Part shown: piece after piece, positions 10,567 through 21,442 of the stretch
Layout of the letters: each line of letters starts with the position of its first letter
Position numbering within the stretch: the first letter of the stretch is position 1
Assembly: GCA_041650295.1 (NCBI GenBank)
Contig: JBAZLM010000006.1
Span: 728 to 64,727 of the forward strand
Source of the DNA: Candidatus Omnitrophota bacterium
Lineage (GTDB): Bacteria; Omnitrophota; Gorgyraeia; Gygaellales; Profunditerraquicolaceae
DNA: 64,000 nucleotides
Direction of reading: 5' to 3'
Notes under the pieces: model-generated
Database searches by the model: none
What the model was told of the DNA's origin: nothing
The model's input: only the letters and a program-made list of their open reading frames with translations
Program-made: the position numbers and the translations under genes

Positions 10567-13122
10567 ATGGCCGCAAAAAATTTATTCTTAATTGACGCAA
10601 CTGCATTTTGTTACCGGGCATTTTATGCTTTAAGCGGATTAAGTACTGCCAGCGGGCAACAAACTAACGCTATTTATGGTTTTTTAAATATTTTAAATAA
10701 AATATTAAAGGAGCAAAACCCAGATTATTTAGTTTGTTGTTTTGATCTTTCTCGTCAAACTTTTCGTACGGAAAAATTTGCGGAATATAAAATGCAAAGA
10801 GAGGCGATGCCTGATGGCCTGATTAGCCAGATTCCGATTATTAAAGAAGTAGTCGTAGCTTACGGAATCCCTATTTTTGAAAAACAAGGATTTGAGGCTG
10901 ACGATATCATTGCACAGCTAGCTCATGATGCGGCAGTAAAAAAGATTGCCGTAACGATTGTTAGTAGCGATAAAGATATTCTGCAGTTAGTGAATAAATA
11001 TATTAGCGTGTTTAGTCCTTATAAAGATAGTGGCGTACTTTATGATGAGGCTAAGGTTAAAGAGCGTTTTGGGGTAACTGCCGATAAGGTCAGTGATGTT
11101 ATTGCGCTTATGGGGGACGCTTCGGATAATATTCCGGGGGTTCCGGGGATCGGCGAGGTTACGGCCAAAAAACTTATTGTGGAATTTGGTTCATTAGAAA
11201 AGCTACTTAAGAATGTTGCCCAAGTTGACTCTGAAAAAATCAGAGAATCTATTTTGGCACATTTAGACCGCATAAAATTAAATAAAGAATTAATTACGCT
11301 TAATCAGCAGGTTGATTTAAAGCTAGATTTAGAAAAAGCCAAAATTGGACAGCCTAACTATGCAGAGTTATCGCGGCTTTTTAAAAAGTTAGAATTTAAA
11401 AAGTTTTTGGCAGAGCTACCTGATACAGAGGTTAAAAAAGAGGTAGCTAGTTTGCATCAGTGTACAAAGACGGAATTAAAAACAATCCTTAAGCAGACAG
11501 ATGAACTTTCTTTGTTTGGCTCTTGTTTTGATGATTTATTTTTTGCCATTGATGATAAAATATTTGCCGCTAATTCGGCCAAAGACGATCTTTCAAAAAT
11601 TATTTCAGATGAAAAGATTAAGAAGACTGGGTTTGATCTTAAAAAACTAAAAGTTCTACTTTTTAAGGAAGGAGTAGTTTTAAATGGTCTAGATTTTGAC
11701 GTGATGATCGCTGCTTATTTATTGAATCCTTCACGCACAAGTTATGCGTTAATTGATTTAGCTTTAGAAAACTTAGGTGAATTTATTCGCCAGGATTCCT
11801 TGGAATCAAAAGATGCCTTGGCGTTGATTGTTAAACTAAAACCGGTACTGACTAAGGCCTTAAAAGAAAAAGAACTTTATGATTTATTTTACGATCTGGA
11901 GATGCCATTGGCTAGTATTTTAGCGCAGATGGAGCAAGACGGAATAAAGTTGGATTTGGTCTTACTTAAAGAGCTTTCGCATGAACTTGAGCATCGGTTA
12001 ATTAAATTAATTGCTGATATATATGAAAGTAGTGGCACGCAATTTAACATTAATTCACCAAAGCAATTGGGGCAAGTTTTATTTGAAAAGTTAGGATTAC
12101 CGGTAATTAAAAAAACTAAAACCGGCCCATCTACAGATGAAGAGGTGCTCAAACGCTTAGCCGAAAAACACGCACTACCGGATCTTTTGTTAGAGTATCG
12201 TCAACTAACAAAATTAAAAAATACTTATGTGGATGCATTACCTAAATTAGTGGATCCAAGAACCGGTAGAGTGCACACTTCATTTAATCAGACGGGTACG
12301 GAAACTGGAAGACTAAGCTCTAGCAATCCTAATCTACAAAATATTCCGATTAAGACTGATATCGGAGCCAAAATCAGACAGGCGATTGTGGCCAGCGGTA
12401 AAGATAGCTGCTTATTATCTTGTGACTATTCGCAGATAGAACTGCGAGTTTTAGCACATCTTTCCCAAGACGATACTTTAATTAAAGCTTTTAACAGTGA
12501 TCAAGACGTACATCGCTTAACTGCTTCGTTAATTAATGGGGTAGCTGAGACTGAGGTAACAGATCAAATGCGCGAAGTAGCTAAGCGGGTAAATTTCGGA
12601 ATTGTTTATGGTCAAAGTGCTTATGGTTTAAGCAAAGATTTAGATATTTTTGTTAATCAGGCGCAGAATTTTATCGATGCATATTTCTTACGATATCCTA
12701 AAGTTAAACAATATATTGATGCGCAAATTAAAAATGCGCAAGAGCAAGGCTATGTGACTACTTTATTGGGCAGAAGAAGGTTTATCCCGGAGATTAATAA
12801 TAAGAATTTAAATTTGCGGCAGTTTGCGCAGCGTCAAGCGGTAAATACGCCGATTCAGGGTACGGCTAGCGATTTAATTAAACTAGCGATGATTAAGATA
12901 TCCAAGCAACTTAAGGCTAAAGGATTAAAAGCTAAAATGATTTTACAGATTCACGATGAATTAGTTTTTGATTTACCGATTGCGGAGTTAGATCTTTTAA
13001 GTAGTTTAGTAAAAAAAGAGATGGAAGAAGTGATGCAATTAATGGTGCCGATTAAAGTAGATATGAAAAAAGGAAAGAATTGGTTAGAGATGACTACTTA
13101 TCCAAAAGTAAGGGGAAACTAA
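10567..13122 (+). CDS. polA: DNA polymerase I
   Basis: 5'-3' exonuclease N-domain, polymerase motifs A (DYSQIELR), B and C (QIHDELVFD); 851 aa. Confidence 0.92.
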   Translation: MAAKNLFLIDATAFCYRAFYALSGLSTASGQQTNAIYGFLNILNKILKEQNPDYLVCCFDLSRQTFRTEKFAEYKMQREAMPDGLISQIPIIKEVVVAYGIPIFEKQGFEADDIIAQLAHDAAVKKIAVTIVSSDKDILQLVNKYISVFSPYKDSGVLYDEAKVKERFGVTADKVSDVIALMGDASDNIPGVPGIGEVTAKKLIVEFGSLEKLLKNVAQVDSEKIRESILAHLDRIKLNKELITLNQQVDLKLDLEKAKIGQPNYAELSRLFKKLEFKKFLAELPDTEVKKEVASLHQCTKTELKTILKQTDELSLFGSCFDDLFFAIDDKIFAANSAKDDLSKIISDEKIKKTGFDLKKLKVLLFKEGVVLNGLDFDVMIAAYLLNPSRTSYALIDLALENLGEFIRQDSLESKDALALIVKLKPVLTKALKEKELYDLFYDLEMPLASILAQMEQDGIKLDLVLLKELSHELEHRLIKLIADIYESSGTQFNINSPKQLGQVLFEKLGLPVIKKTKTGPSTDEEVLKRLAEKHALPDLLLEYRQLTKLKNTYVDALPKLVDPRTGRVHTSFNQTGTETGRLSSSNPNLQNIPIKTDIGAKIRQAIVASGKDSCLLSCDYSQIELRVLAHLSQDDTLIKAFNSDQDVHRLTASLINGVAETEVTDQMREVAKRVNFGIVYGQSAYGLSKDLDIFVNQAQNFIDAYFLRYPKVKQYIDAQIKNAQEQGYVTTLLGRRRFIPEINNKNLNLRQFAQRQAVNTPIQGTASDLIKLAMIKISKQLKAKGLKAKMILQIHDELVFDLPIAELDLLSSLVKKEMEEVMQLMVPIKVDMKKGKNWLEMTTYPKVRGN

Positions 13123-14510
13123 TGAAGATTGCGATGTTTGTATCAGAAGCTGTTCCGTTTGCTAAGACCGGTGGCTTGGCTGATGTTGGTGCGGCGTTAC
13201 CTTTAGCCTTAGAGTATTGCGGATGTCAAGTGATTGTAATTATGCCCAAATATAAATGTGTAGAAAAGAGTAAGGTTAAGATTAAACGACTTTCTGAGGA
13301 TATTTCGTATGCAATTATTGGTAGAGAGATTAAAGTTTATTTTATTGAAAATGATGCTTATTTTAAGCGTGAAGGTTTATATGTAGATCGAAAAGGGGAT
13401 TATGCGGATAATTTAGAGCGTTTTAGTTTTTTCTGTCGCCGCAGTTTAGATTTGTTAAAAGAAATAGATTTTTGTCCGGATATTTTACATTTACATGATT
13501 GGCAGGCAAGCCTAGCGGCAGTTTATTTAAAGAGCGTATATAATACACAGAGTTTTTATAAAAGAATAAAATGTCTTTTAACGATTCATAATATTGGGTA
13601 TCAAGGAATTTTTGCTCAAGAAGAGTTTGCTAAGCTTAAGTTAGATAAAAAGCTTTTCGATATTAATGGTTTAGAATTTTATAATAAAATCAATTTGCTT
13701 AAAGGGGGAGTAATTTTTTCAGATTTTATTAATACAGTTAGTCCTACTTATGCTAAAGAAATTCAGACTAAAGAATATGGCTTTGGATTAGAGGGACTTT
13801 TGGGAGAGCGAAAAGATGTTTTAAGTGGAATATTGAATGGAATAGATTATTCGGTCTGGGATCCGGATAAAGACGAATTTATTTTCCAAAATTTTTCTGA
13901 AGTATGTATAGAGTTTAAGACCCCAAATAAAGAGGATCTGCAAAGAACCGTTGGGTTGCCATTGAATAAAGATCTTCCTGTTTTGGGTATAGTGAGTCGA
14001 CTAGCTGAACAAAAAGGATTTGATATTTTTGTGCAAAGTCTAGATGAACTGGCTAAATTAGACCTGCAACTAGTTATCTTAGGTACAGGTGACGCTAAAT
14101 ATCACCAGCTTTTAAAAGCTATCGCCAAAAAATATCCGCAAAAAATTTCTCTACATTTAGAGTTTAACGATCCTCTGGCGCATAAGATTTATGCAGGTAG
14201 TGATATTTTTCTAATGCCCTCAAGATATGAGCCTTGTGGATTAGGGCAGTTAATTAGTTTACGTTACGGTACAATTCCGCTAGTTTATAAAACTGGAGGT
14301 TTGGCCGATACAATTAATAAGCGTAATGGTTTTGTTTTCGATAAATATAGTGCAGAAGAGTTACAAAGTATTATTAAAAAAGCATTAGCGGTGTTTAAAA
14401 ATAAGAAAAAATGGAATCAACTAATTGAAAATGCCATGGATTGTAATTTTTCCTGGAAAGCTTCAGCGGATAAATATATCGCATTATATGCAAAAGCAAA
14501 AGAAAGATAA
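13122..14510 (+). CDS. glgA: Glycogen synthase (ADP-glucose type)
   Basis: MKIAMFVSEAVPFAKTGGLADV N-terminus. ATG at 13122 overlaps the polA TAA by 1 nt. Confidence 0.9.
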   Translation: MKIAMFVSEAVPFAKTGGLADVGAALPLALEYCGCQVIVIMPKYKCVEKSKVKIKRLSEDISYAIIGREIKVYFIENDAYFKREGLYVDRKGDYADNLERFSFFCRRSLDLLKEIDFCPDILHLHDWQASLAAVYLKSVYNTQSFYKRIKCLLTIHNIGYQGIFAQEEFAKLKLDKKLFDINGLEFYNKINLLKGGVIFSDFINTVSPTYAKEIQTKEYGFGLEGLLGERKDVLSGILNGIDYSVWDPDKDEFIFQNFSEVCIEFKTPNKEDLQRTVGLPLNKDLPVLGIVSRLAEQKGFDIFVQSLDELAKLDLQLVILGTGDAKYHQLLKAIAKKYPQKISLHLEFNDPLAHKIYAGSDIFLMPSRYEPCGLGQLISLRYGTIPLVYKTGGLADTINKRNGFVFDKYSAEELQSIIKKALAVFKNKKKWNQLIENAMDCNFSWKASADKYIALYAKAKER

Positions 14511-15096
14511 AATTGTTTTAGGGGTCACCGGAAATATCGGTTCTGGTAAAACTACGGTGGCTAGAATGTTTAAGGGTCAAAATACCTTGATAATTAATGC
14601 CGATCTTTTGGCGCATAAATTATATCTACCTAAAACTAATCTTTATAAGAAAATAGTAAAGATTTTTGGCGAAGGGATTATTAAAACTGATAAAAGTATC
14701 GATCGTAAAAAATTGTCTAAGCTTGTTTTTGCTAGTAAAAAAAATTTAGTTAAGCTTAATTATATTGTTCATCCGGAGTTAATTAAAGAGATAAAGAAGG
14801 AAGTTAAAAATTCTGGGAGAAGGTTTATAGTTTTAGATGCAGCTCTAATTGTAGAGTTGGGTTTAAGAAAAATGGTAGATAAATTAGTATTGGTTACGGC
14901 GAATAAAAAACAGCAAATTATACGCAGTCAAAAACGTTTAGGAGCTAAAAAGGAGGTAATTATTCAGGTTATGAAATCTCAAATTTCGCAAATTACAAAA
15001 TCACGTTTTGCGGATTTTATCATAGATAACAGTGGATCAATGGAAAAAACCAAAAAACAGGTTTTAAGTCTAAGGAGGAACGTGTGGAAAAGTTAG
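14488..15096 (+). CDS. coaE: Dephospho-CoA kinase
   Basis: Walker [13 protein letters not shown]. Start chosen at the internal ATG (MQKQK...), overlapping the glgA end. Confidence 0.8.
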   Translation: MQKQKKDKIVLGVTGNIGSGKTTVARMFKGQNTLIINADLLAHKLYLPKTNLYKKIVKIFGEGIIKTDKSIDRKKLSKLVFASKKNLVKLNYIVHPELIKEIKKEVKNSGRRFIVLDAALIVELGLRKMVDKLVLVTANKKQQIIRSQKRLGAKKEVIIQVMKSQISQITKSRFADFIIDNSGSMEKTKKQVLSLRRNVWKS

Positions 15097-16343
15097 ATAT
15101 CAAGAATTTAAAAGATATGAAGATTACCGAGCTAAATAAATTGGCTAAAGAATTAAATGCCAATGGCACCAGTGGTTTAAAGAAACAGGATTTGATCTTT
15201 AAAATCCTGCAAGCTCAGGCGGAAAAAGAAGGATTAATGTTTGGAGAGGGTGTATTAGAGATCCTTTCCGAAGGGTTTGGTTTTTTGAGAAGCCCAAATT
15301 ATAATTATTTGCCTTGTCCAGATGATATTTATATCTCTCCATCGCAGATTAGAAAATTTGAACTGCGTACGGGAGATACGGTCAGCGGTCAGATCCGTCC
15401 GCCGAAAGAAGGAGAAAAATATTTTGCTTTATTGAAAGTGGAAGCGGTGAATTTTGAAAACCCGGAGGAAGTAAAAGAAAAAGTGTTGTTTGATAACTTG
15501 ACTCCGGTTTATCCACGCGAAGCGTTTAATATGGAGACCAGACCCGATGAAATTTCGATGCGGATTATGGGGTTACTTACACCCATTGGTCGTGGACAGC
15601 GTGGATTAATTGTGGCTCAGCCTTACAGCGGAAAAACTGTTTTGTTGCAAAAAATTGCTAATGCGATTACCACGAATAATCCAGATGTAATTTTGATTGT
15701 TCTTTTAATTGATGAGCGACCGGAAGAAGTTACGGATATGCAACGTAATGTTAAAGGCGAGGTAATCTCCTCAACTTTTGATGAGCCGCCGGAACGCCAC
15801 GTACAGGTTGCCGAAATTGTTTTAGAGAAAGCCAAGCGCTTGGTTGAACATAAGCGGGATGTGGTAATTCTTTTGGATAGTATTACTCGTCTTGCTCGGG
15901 CGTATAACTCGGTAGTGCCGCACAGCGGAAAAGTACTTTCTGGTGGTATCGATTCTAACGCTTTGCAGAAGCCAAAGAGATTTTTTGGTGCGGCGCGTGC
16001 GGTAGATGAAGGTGGTAGTTTAACCATTATTGCTACAGCCTTGGTAGATACAGGAAGTAGAATGGATGAAGTTATCTTTGAAGAGTTTAAGGGGACCGGT
16101 AATATGGAAACTCAACTGGATAGGAATTTATTCCAGCGTAGAATTTATCCGGCCATTGACATTAAACGTTCTAATACACGTCATGAGGAGCTTTTAGTTA
16201 AGCCTGATGTGTTGGGTAAGACCTGGATCTTGCGCAAAGTGCTTAATGAGCTAAACAACGTGGAAGCGATGGAGTTGTTAATTGAGAAGTTAGGTAAGAG
16301 CAAGAATAATGAAGAGTTTCTAAACGGCATGAATCAAAAATAA
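15084..16343 (+). CDS. rho: Transcription termination factor Rho
   Basis: N-terminal [15 protein letters not shown]-like RNA-binding domain, Walker A/B and Q/R loops. GTG start with AAGGAGGA RBS. Confidence 0.93.
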   Translation: MEKLDIKNLKDMKITELNKLAKELNANGTSGLKKQDLIFKILQAQAEKEGLMFGEGVLEILSEGFGFLRSPNYNYLPCPDDIYISPSQIRKFELRTGDTVSGQIRPPKEGEKYFALLKVEAVNFENPEEVKEKVLFDNLTPVYPREAFNMETRPDEISMRIMGLLTPIGRGQRGLIVAQPYSGKTVLLQKIANAITTNNPDVILIVLLIDERPEEVTDMQRNVKGEVISSTFDEPPERHVQVAEIVLEKAKRLVEHKRDVVILLDSITRLARAYNSVVPHSGKVLSGGIDSNALQKPKRFFGAARAVDEGGSLTIIATALVDTGSRMDEVIFEEFKGTGNMETQLDRNLFQRRIYPAIDIKRSNTRHEELLVKPDVLGKTWILRKVLNELNNVEAMELLIEKLGKSKNNEEFLNGMNQK

Positions 16344-16423
16344 ATGAGGCCCAAACTTACGGAACGTTAGTGACGTAAGTTTGTTGGCCGAATTTATACT
16401 CGTTAGCTATGCTAACGAGTATA
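16338..16423 (+). repeat. ~86-bp structured intergenic repeat, copy A (starts at the rho stop codon); two hairpins
   Basis: Near-identical to 16684-16769. Hairpin 1: CAAACTTACG/CGTAAGTTTG flanked by GGCC. Hairpin 2: TATACTCGTTAGC/GCTAACGAGTATA. A third hairpin, CCGCTAGC-aaa-GCTAGCGG, lies at 16438-16456. Confidence 0.7.
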
Positions 16424-16488
16424 AATGAATTACAATTCCGCTAGCAAAGCTAGCGGGTGTAAATCTAACCAACGAAAGGAGTAACAAA

Positions 16489-16689
16489 ATGAAAGACAAG
16501 GTACATCCTAATTACAAAGAGAGCACGATTGTTTGTGCTTGCGGTGAAACAGTACATACTCGTTCCACTAAACCGAGTATTCGCGTGGAAATTTGTTCGA
16601 AGTGTCATCCTTTCTTCACGGGAAAACAAAAACTAGTGGATTCGGCCGGACGCGTAGACAAATTTCAAAAGAAGTATGGAAAAAAATAA
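16489..16689 (+). CDS. rpmE: 50S ribosomal protein L31
   Basis: MKDKVHPNY...CxC...[13 protein letters not shown]; 66 aa. Confidence 0.9.
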   Translation: MKDKVHPNYKESTIVCACGETVHTRSTKPSIRVEICSKCHPFFTGKQKLVDSAGRVDKFQKKYGKK

Positions 16690-16769
16690 ATGAGGCCCAA
16701 ACTTACGAAAACGTAGTGACGTAAGTTTGTTGGCCGAATTTATACTCGCTAGCTATGCTAGCGAGTATA
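16684..16769 (+). repeat. ~86-bp structured intergenic repeat, copy B (starts at the rpmE stop codon)
   Basis: Same two hairpins as copy A. Stem 2 carries compensatory substitutions (CTCGCTAGC/GCTAGCGAG versus CTCGTTAGC/GCTAACGAG). Confidence 0.7.
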
Positions 16770-16788
16770 TTACTATTAAAATTAATCT

Positions 16789-17850
16789 ATGAAATTAGAA
16801 CAGTTAGAAAAAATGACTGCTCGTTATACAGAGCTAGAGCATCTTTTGGGTAGCCAAGAGCAGATTGCTGATCGCCAAAAATATAATTTGTTAGCTAAGG
16901 AGCTTTCTGACCTTAAAGATGTTGTTGTTTTGTTTGGCGATTATAAGAATCTAATTAAAGAAATTAGTGATCTGGAGGTAGTCTTATCCTTAAAACACGA
17001 TAAGGATTTCTTGGAGCTAGCCCAGGAAGAATTGACAACTTTATGTAACAAAAAAGTTGAAATAGAGTTAATGTTAAAAAAAATGTTAACCGGAGAAGAT
17101 AAAGACGCTAATCGTAATTGTATCGTAGAAATTCGTCAAGGTACCGGGGGAGATGAAGCGGGGCTTTTTGCCGCGGATCTTTACCGAATGTATTCAAAGT
17201 ATGCGGTGCTTAAAAACTGGACAATTGAATCGATCGCTTCGAGTATTAATGAAGCTGGTGGAATTAAAGAAGTTGTCTTTGGAGTTAAGGGTAAAGATTC
17301 ATTTAAATTGCTAAAATTTGAAAGCGGAGTACATCGTGTGCAACGTGTTCCCACCACGGAATCGCAAGGTAGGATTCATACTTCTACAGTTACCGTAGCA
17401 GTATTAGCTGAGCCTGAAGAAGTAGATCTGGTGATTGAGCCTAAAGATTTAAGAGTTGATACTTATCGCTCAAGTGGCCCCGGCGGTCAACATATGCAAA
17501 AAACTGATTCAGCGGTAAGGATTACCCATATTCCTACTAATACCGTGGTGGCTTGTCAGGATGAGCGTTCACAGATTAAAAATCGTGCTAAGGCGATGCG
17601 TGTTTTAAGAGCGCGGATTTTGGAAGTAAAAATGGAAAATGAGGCTAAAAAATTGGCTAGTGCCAGAAAAACTCAAATTGGTACGGGTGACCGCAGTGAA
17701 AAAATTCGTACTTATAATTTTCCCGATCGACGGGTTACCGATCACAGAATTAATTTTACTTCACATCAATTAGAAGGAATTTTAGAAGGTCAGATGGATG
17801 AGCTTTTTGAAGCATTGTTAAAAGCGGAGCTAGAGAAGAGAGATGAATGA
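16789..17850 (+). CDS. prfA: Peptide chain release factor 1
   Basis: GGQ motif SGPGGQHMQKTDSAVRITHIPT and RVQRVPTTESQGRIHTS (RF1 PxT-type); prmC follows. Confidence 0.92.
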   Translation: MKLEQLEKMTARYTELEHLLGSQEQIADRQKYNLLAKELSDLKDVVVLFGDYKNLIKEISDLEVVLSLKHDKDFLELAQEELTTLCNKKVEIELMLKKMLTGEDKDANRNCIVEIRQGTGGDEAGLFAADLYRMYSKYAVLKNWTIESIASSINEAGGIKEVVFGVKGKDSFKLLKFESGVHRVQRVPTTESQGRIHTSTVTVAVLAEPEEVDLVIEPKDLRVDTYRSSGPGGQHMQKTDSAVRITHIPTNTVVACQDERSQIKNRAKAMRVLRARILEVKMENEAKKLASARKTQIGTGDRSEKIRTYNFPDRRVTDHRINFTSHQLEGILEGQMDELFEALLKAELEKRDE

Positions 17851-18607
17851 GGCGGAGCTAGTTTTAACTCAAGTGTTAGAGTGCGATAAAATGTCTTTAT
17901 ATTTAAATAAGGGTTTAATTTTAGATAAAGATAAGTCGGTAATTGTTTCCAATATCTTTAAGCGCCGAATTTCTGGTGAGCCGTTACAATACATCTTAGG
18001 TAAATGTGAATTTATGGGTTTTGAATTTAAAGTAGATAAACGCGTTTTAATTCCTCGTCCAGAAACAGAGATTTTAATCGAAGCAATCCTTAAAGAGTTA
18101 AATCGACCTTTAAAAATTCTGGATTTAGGTACTGGTTCAGGCTGTATTGCTGTCTCACTAGCTAAGTTATTGCCTAAAAGTATAGTTTGGGCAACAGATG
18201 TATCTAAAGAGGCATTAGACTTAGCAGAAGAAAATGCTAGTTTAAATAAAGTAAAAATTAAATTTTTGTGCTCAGATCTTTTTAAAGAAATTAAAGATAA
18301 TAAGTTCGATTTAATTATTAGTAACCCTCCTTATATCGCCATAAGCGAATTAAATGGTTTGGCTAAAGAGATATCTTTTGAGCCACGACAAGCTTTAGCT
18401 GGAGGTGGCGATGGTTTAGATTTTTATCGCTCTATAATTAATCAGGCCTATGATTATTTGAACCCTGGTGGTTTAATCGCTTTTGAGGTTGGCTATCGGC
18501 AAGCTAAATTAGTTAAGGTGATTTTAGAGAGTAATAATTTCAACAATATTAAAATTATAAATGATTATAATAATATTGAGCGCGTAGTTATTGCTAAAAG
18601 AGGATAA
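17843..18607 (+). CDS. prmC: Release factor glutamine N5-methyltransferase
   Basis: NPPY motif (ISNPPYIA), SAM-binding LDLGTGSGCIA. Overlaps the prfA end. Confidence 0.88.
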   Translation: MNEAELVLTQVLECDKMSLYLNKGLILDKDKSVIVSNIFKRRISGEPLQYILGKCEFMGFEFKVDKRVLIPRPETEILIEAILKELNRPLKILDLGTGSGCIAVSLAKLLPKSIVWATDVSKEALDLAEENASLNKVKIKFLCSDLFKEIKDNKFDLIISNPPYIAISELNGLAKEISFEPRQALAGGGDGLDFYRSIINQAYDYLNPGGLIAFEVGYRQAKLVKVILESNNFNNIKIINDYNNIERVVIAKRG

Positions 18608-18612
18608 GTTAA

Positions 18613-19875
18613 ATGGATAAATTAGTGATTGAAGGGGGAGTAAAATTAAAAGGAGAAGTGACGGTATCCGGAGCTAAAAATGCGGTTTTGCCGATCTTGG
18701 CAGCGACTTTGCTTACCGATGAGCCGTGCGTAATTAAAGGTGTGCCGAATTTGCGGGATACCAATAGTATGTTAAAAATTTTACGGGCATTGGGAAAGAT
18801 TGCGGAATTCGATAAAGGTAAAGTCAGTATTGGTGCGGGTAAAGCGGCTAGCTTTGTGGCCGAATATAAATTAGTTTCCACAATGCGTGCCTCTTTTTGT
18901 GTTTTAGGTCCACTTTTAGGAAAATTAAAACAGGCTAAAGTTTCTCTGCCCGGAGGCTGCGTTATTGGCGTGCGTCCGGTTGACCTGCATCTTAAAGGAA
19001 TTAAAGCTTTAGGAGCGCAGATTGATGTAGAGGGTGGTTATGTCATTGCTAAAACTAAAAAATTACACGGCGCTTATGTTTATTTAGGTGGAGTATATGG
19101 CTCTTCAGTTTTAGCTACTGATAATGTGATGATGGCGGCAGTTTTGGCTAATGGTAAAACTATTATTGAATCAGCGGCTTGTGAGCCGGAGGTTGTAGAT
19201 TTAGCAGAATTTTTAATTAAAATGGGGGCAAAGATTAAAGGTCACGGTACCCCGGTAATTGAAATCGAAGGAGTAAAACATTTACATGGTGCAGTGCATT
19301 CTATTATTCCGGATCGTATTGAAGCCGGAACTTTAATTTTGGCGGCTTTAATTACACAGGGTGATGTTTTAATTAAGAATGTTGTTTATAGTCATTTAGG
19401 TGCTTTGATTGATAAATTAAATGAAGCCGGTGCGCAGATTAGTCGTTTGGATGGGGCGCTGCGGGTTAAAGGTAATAAAAAATTAAAGTCGGTAAATATA
19501 ACTACGTTGCCGTATCCAGGTTTTCCAACGGATATGCAGGCGCAGATGATGAGCTTAATGGCAGTGACCGGTGGAATTAGTGTCATTACAGAAAAAATTT
19601 ATCCAGATCGTTTTATGCATGTCTCTGAGCTTAATCGTATGGGTGCACATATTCAAAGAGAAGGGCCACATGCCATTGTAGAAGGGATAAAACAATTATC
19701 CGGTGCTCCGGTGATGGCCTCAGATTTACGTGCATCGGCTGGTTTAGTTTTAGCTGGTTTAGCTGCCCGAGGTAAAACTTCGATCTCTAGAATTTATCAT
19801 TTAGAACGCGGTTATGAATTTATTGAGCAAAAATTAATTAATTTAGGGGCTAAAGTCTGGAGAGAAAAAGAATGA
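18613..19875 (+). CDS. murA: UDP-N-acetylglucosamine 1-carboxyvinyltransferase
   Basis: MDKLVIEGG...[14 protein letters not shown]; 420 aa; active-site Cys region. Confidence 0.93.
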   Translation: MDKLVIEGGVKLKGEVTVSGAKNAVLPILAATLLTDEPCVIKGVPNLRDTNSMLKILRALGKIAEFDKGKVSIGAGKAASFVAEYKLVSTMRASFCVLGPLLGKLKQAKVSLPGGCVIGVRPVDLHLKGIKALGAQIDVEGGYVIAKTKKLHGAYVYLGGVYGSSVLATDNVMMAAVLANGKTIIESAACEPEVVDLAEFLIKMGAKIKGHGTPVIEIEGVKHLHGAVHSIIPDRIEAGTLILAALITQGDVLIKNVVYSHLGALIDKLNEAGAQISRLDGALRVKGNKKLKSVNITTLPYPGFPTDMQAQMMSLMAVTGGISVITEKIYPDRFMHVSELNRMGAHIQREGPHAIVEGIKQLSGAPVMASDLRASAGLVLAGLAARGKTSISRIYHLERGYEFIEQKLINLGAKVWREKE

Positions 19876-20438
19876 TTTTAATGATCGATAATTACGATTC
19901 ATTTACTTATAACTTGGTGCAGTATCTGGGAGAATTAGGTCAAGTGGTTAAAGTTTATCGTAATGATGCAATAACGGTTAATGATATAAAAAGACTTAAT
20001 CCGGATAAAATTGTGATCTCTCCTGGGCCGGGCCGACCGGAGGATGCGGGAGTATCTTGTGCGGTAATTAGAGAGTTTGCTGGACAGATTCCGATCTTAG
20101 GGGTTTGTTTAGGTCATCAGGCGATGGGTTATGTTTTTGGCGCTAAAATTGTCGGGGCTAAAAAGTTAATGCATGGCAAGACTTCCAAAGTTTATCATAA
20201 TAAAAAAGAGATCTTTAAAAATATTCCTAATCCATTTTTGGCTACGCGCTATCATTCGTTACTGGTAGATAAAAAAAGTTTACCGGCTTGTTTAGAGATA
20301 ACTGCGAACACCAAAGAGGGTGAGATAATGGGATTAAAGCATAAAGATTATGCAGTTTGGGGCGTACAGTTTCACCCGGAATCTATTCTGACTAAAAGTG
20401 GAAAAGCCATTCTAGATAATTTTGTAAAAATTAAATGA
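19872..20438 (+). CDS. trpG: Anthranilate synthase component II / glutamine amidotransferase
   Basis: Class-I GATase triad (GVCLGHQ...H...E). Overlaps murA by 4 nt and precedes trpD. PabA cannot be excluded from sequence alone. Confidence 0.8.
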   Translation: MILMIDNYDSFTYNLVQYLGELGQVVKVYRNDAITVNDIKRLNPDKIVISPGPGRPEDAGVSCAVIREFAGQIPILGVCLGHQAMGYVFGAKIVGAKKLMHGKTSKVYHNKKEIFKNIPNPFLATRYHSLLVDKKSLPACLEITANTKEGEIMGLKHKDYAVWGVQFHPESILTKSGKAILDNFVKIK

Positions 20439-21442
20439 TTAAAAATTTAATTGTAAAATTAGCGGATAAAAGAAATTTAACTGATCTGCAGATGCAGGAA
20501 GCAATGCAAGAGATTCTAAGCGGAGCTGTAGAGACTGCCGATATTGTTGCTTTTTTAACATCATTAAATAATAAAGGCGAGACGATAGAAGAGCTAACGG
20601 CTGCGGTTGGTGTTATGCTTAAATATGTTGAGCCGATTATTGTGGATCGGCCAAATATTTTAGATACTTGTGGAACCGGTGGCGATAAAAAAGGAACTTT
20701 TAATATCTCTACAATTACCGCATTAGTGGCTAGTGGCGCTGGGGTGACGGTGGCTAAACACGGTAACCGTTCTGTTTCTAGTCAATGTGGTAGTGCCGAT
20801 ATTCTTGAGGCATTAGGGGTAAATATTAGTATGGATAAGGAAAAGATAAAAAAATGTTTGGAAGAGATCGGTATTGCTTTTTTATTTGCACCGCAGTTGC
20901 ATTCGGCGATGCGTTTTGTAATGCCAGCGCGTAAGCAGATTGCTCAGAAGACGATGTTTAATATTTTAGGCCCCCTGATTAATCCGGCTAGAGCGACCAA
21001 TCAATTAATTGGAGTTTATTCTCAAGAATGGACTAAACCTTTAGCGGAAGTTTTACATAATTTAGGCACTAAGCATGTTTTAGTGGTACATGGTGCGGAT
21101 GGTTTAGATGAAGTGACGACTACAGATAAGACATATATCTGTGAATTTTCTGCTGAGGTTTCAAAGAATTATGAAATTACTCCAGAAGAGTTTGGATTCA
21201 ATAGAGTTAAGCCTAGTGATTTATTAGGGGGGTCAGTAGCAGAGAATGTAACTATTTTGAAGGAAATTTTAGCGGGAAAGAAAGGGCCAAAAAGAGAGAT
21301 TGTTTTGCTTAATGCTGGGTGTGCAATTTATGCCGCAGATAAAACGCTGACAATTGCCGAGGGTATTAAATTAGCAGAAAAATCTATTGATTCTGGTGAG
21401 GCATTAAATAAACTTAAACTTTTAAAGGAGTATGTACAATAA
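20435..21442 (+). CDS. trpD: Anthranilate phosphoribosyltransferase
   Basis: [16 protein letters not shown] and HGNRSVSS motifs. Confidence 0.9.
   Translation: MIKNLIVKLADKRNLTDLQMQEAMQEILSGAVETADIVAFLTSLNNKGETIEELTAAVGVMLKYVEPIIVDRPNILDTCGTGGDKKGTFNISTITALVASGAGVTVAKHGNRSVSSQCGSADILEALGVNISMDKEKIKKCLEEIGIAFLFAPQLHSAMRFVMPARKQIAQKTMFNILGPLINPARATNQLIGVYSQEWTKPLAEVLHNLGTKHVLVVHGADGLDEVTTTDKTYICEFSAEVSKNYEITPEEFGFNRVKPSDLLGGSVAENVTILKEILAGKKGPKREIVLLNAGCAIYAADKTLTIAEGIKLAEKSIDSGEALNKLKLLKEYVQ

Noticed and set aside
15623-16027. 134-aa minus-strand ORF inside rho. Similar antisense ORFs lie inside pnp (39800-40174), cca (56046-56681), pgpA (45504-45746) and ribH/nusB (48196-48649)
   Set aside because: All lie entirely within well-supported + strand genes, lack RBS and homology, and have amino-acid compositions typical of reverse-complement shadows.
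16355-16423. Hairpins after rho and rpmE as intrinsic (rho-independent) terminators
   Set aside because: Stems are strong but no U-tract follows either hairpin (a GGCC arm or AATGAATT follow instead). They may act differently, for example Rho-dependent termination, processing or stability elements, so they are reported as repeats rather than terminators.
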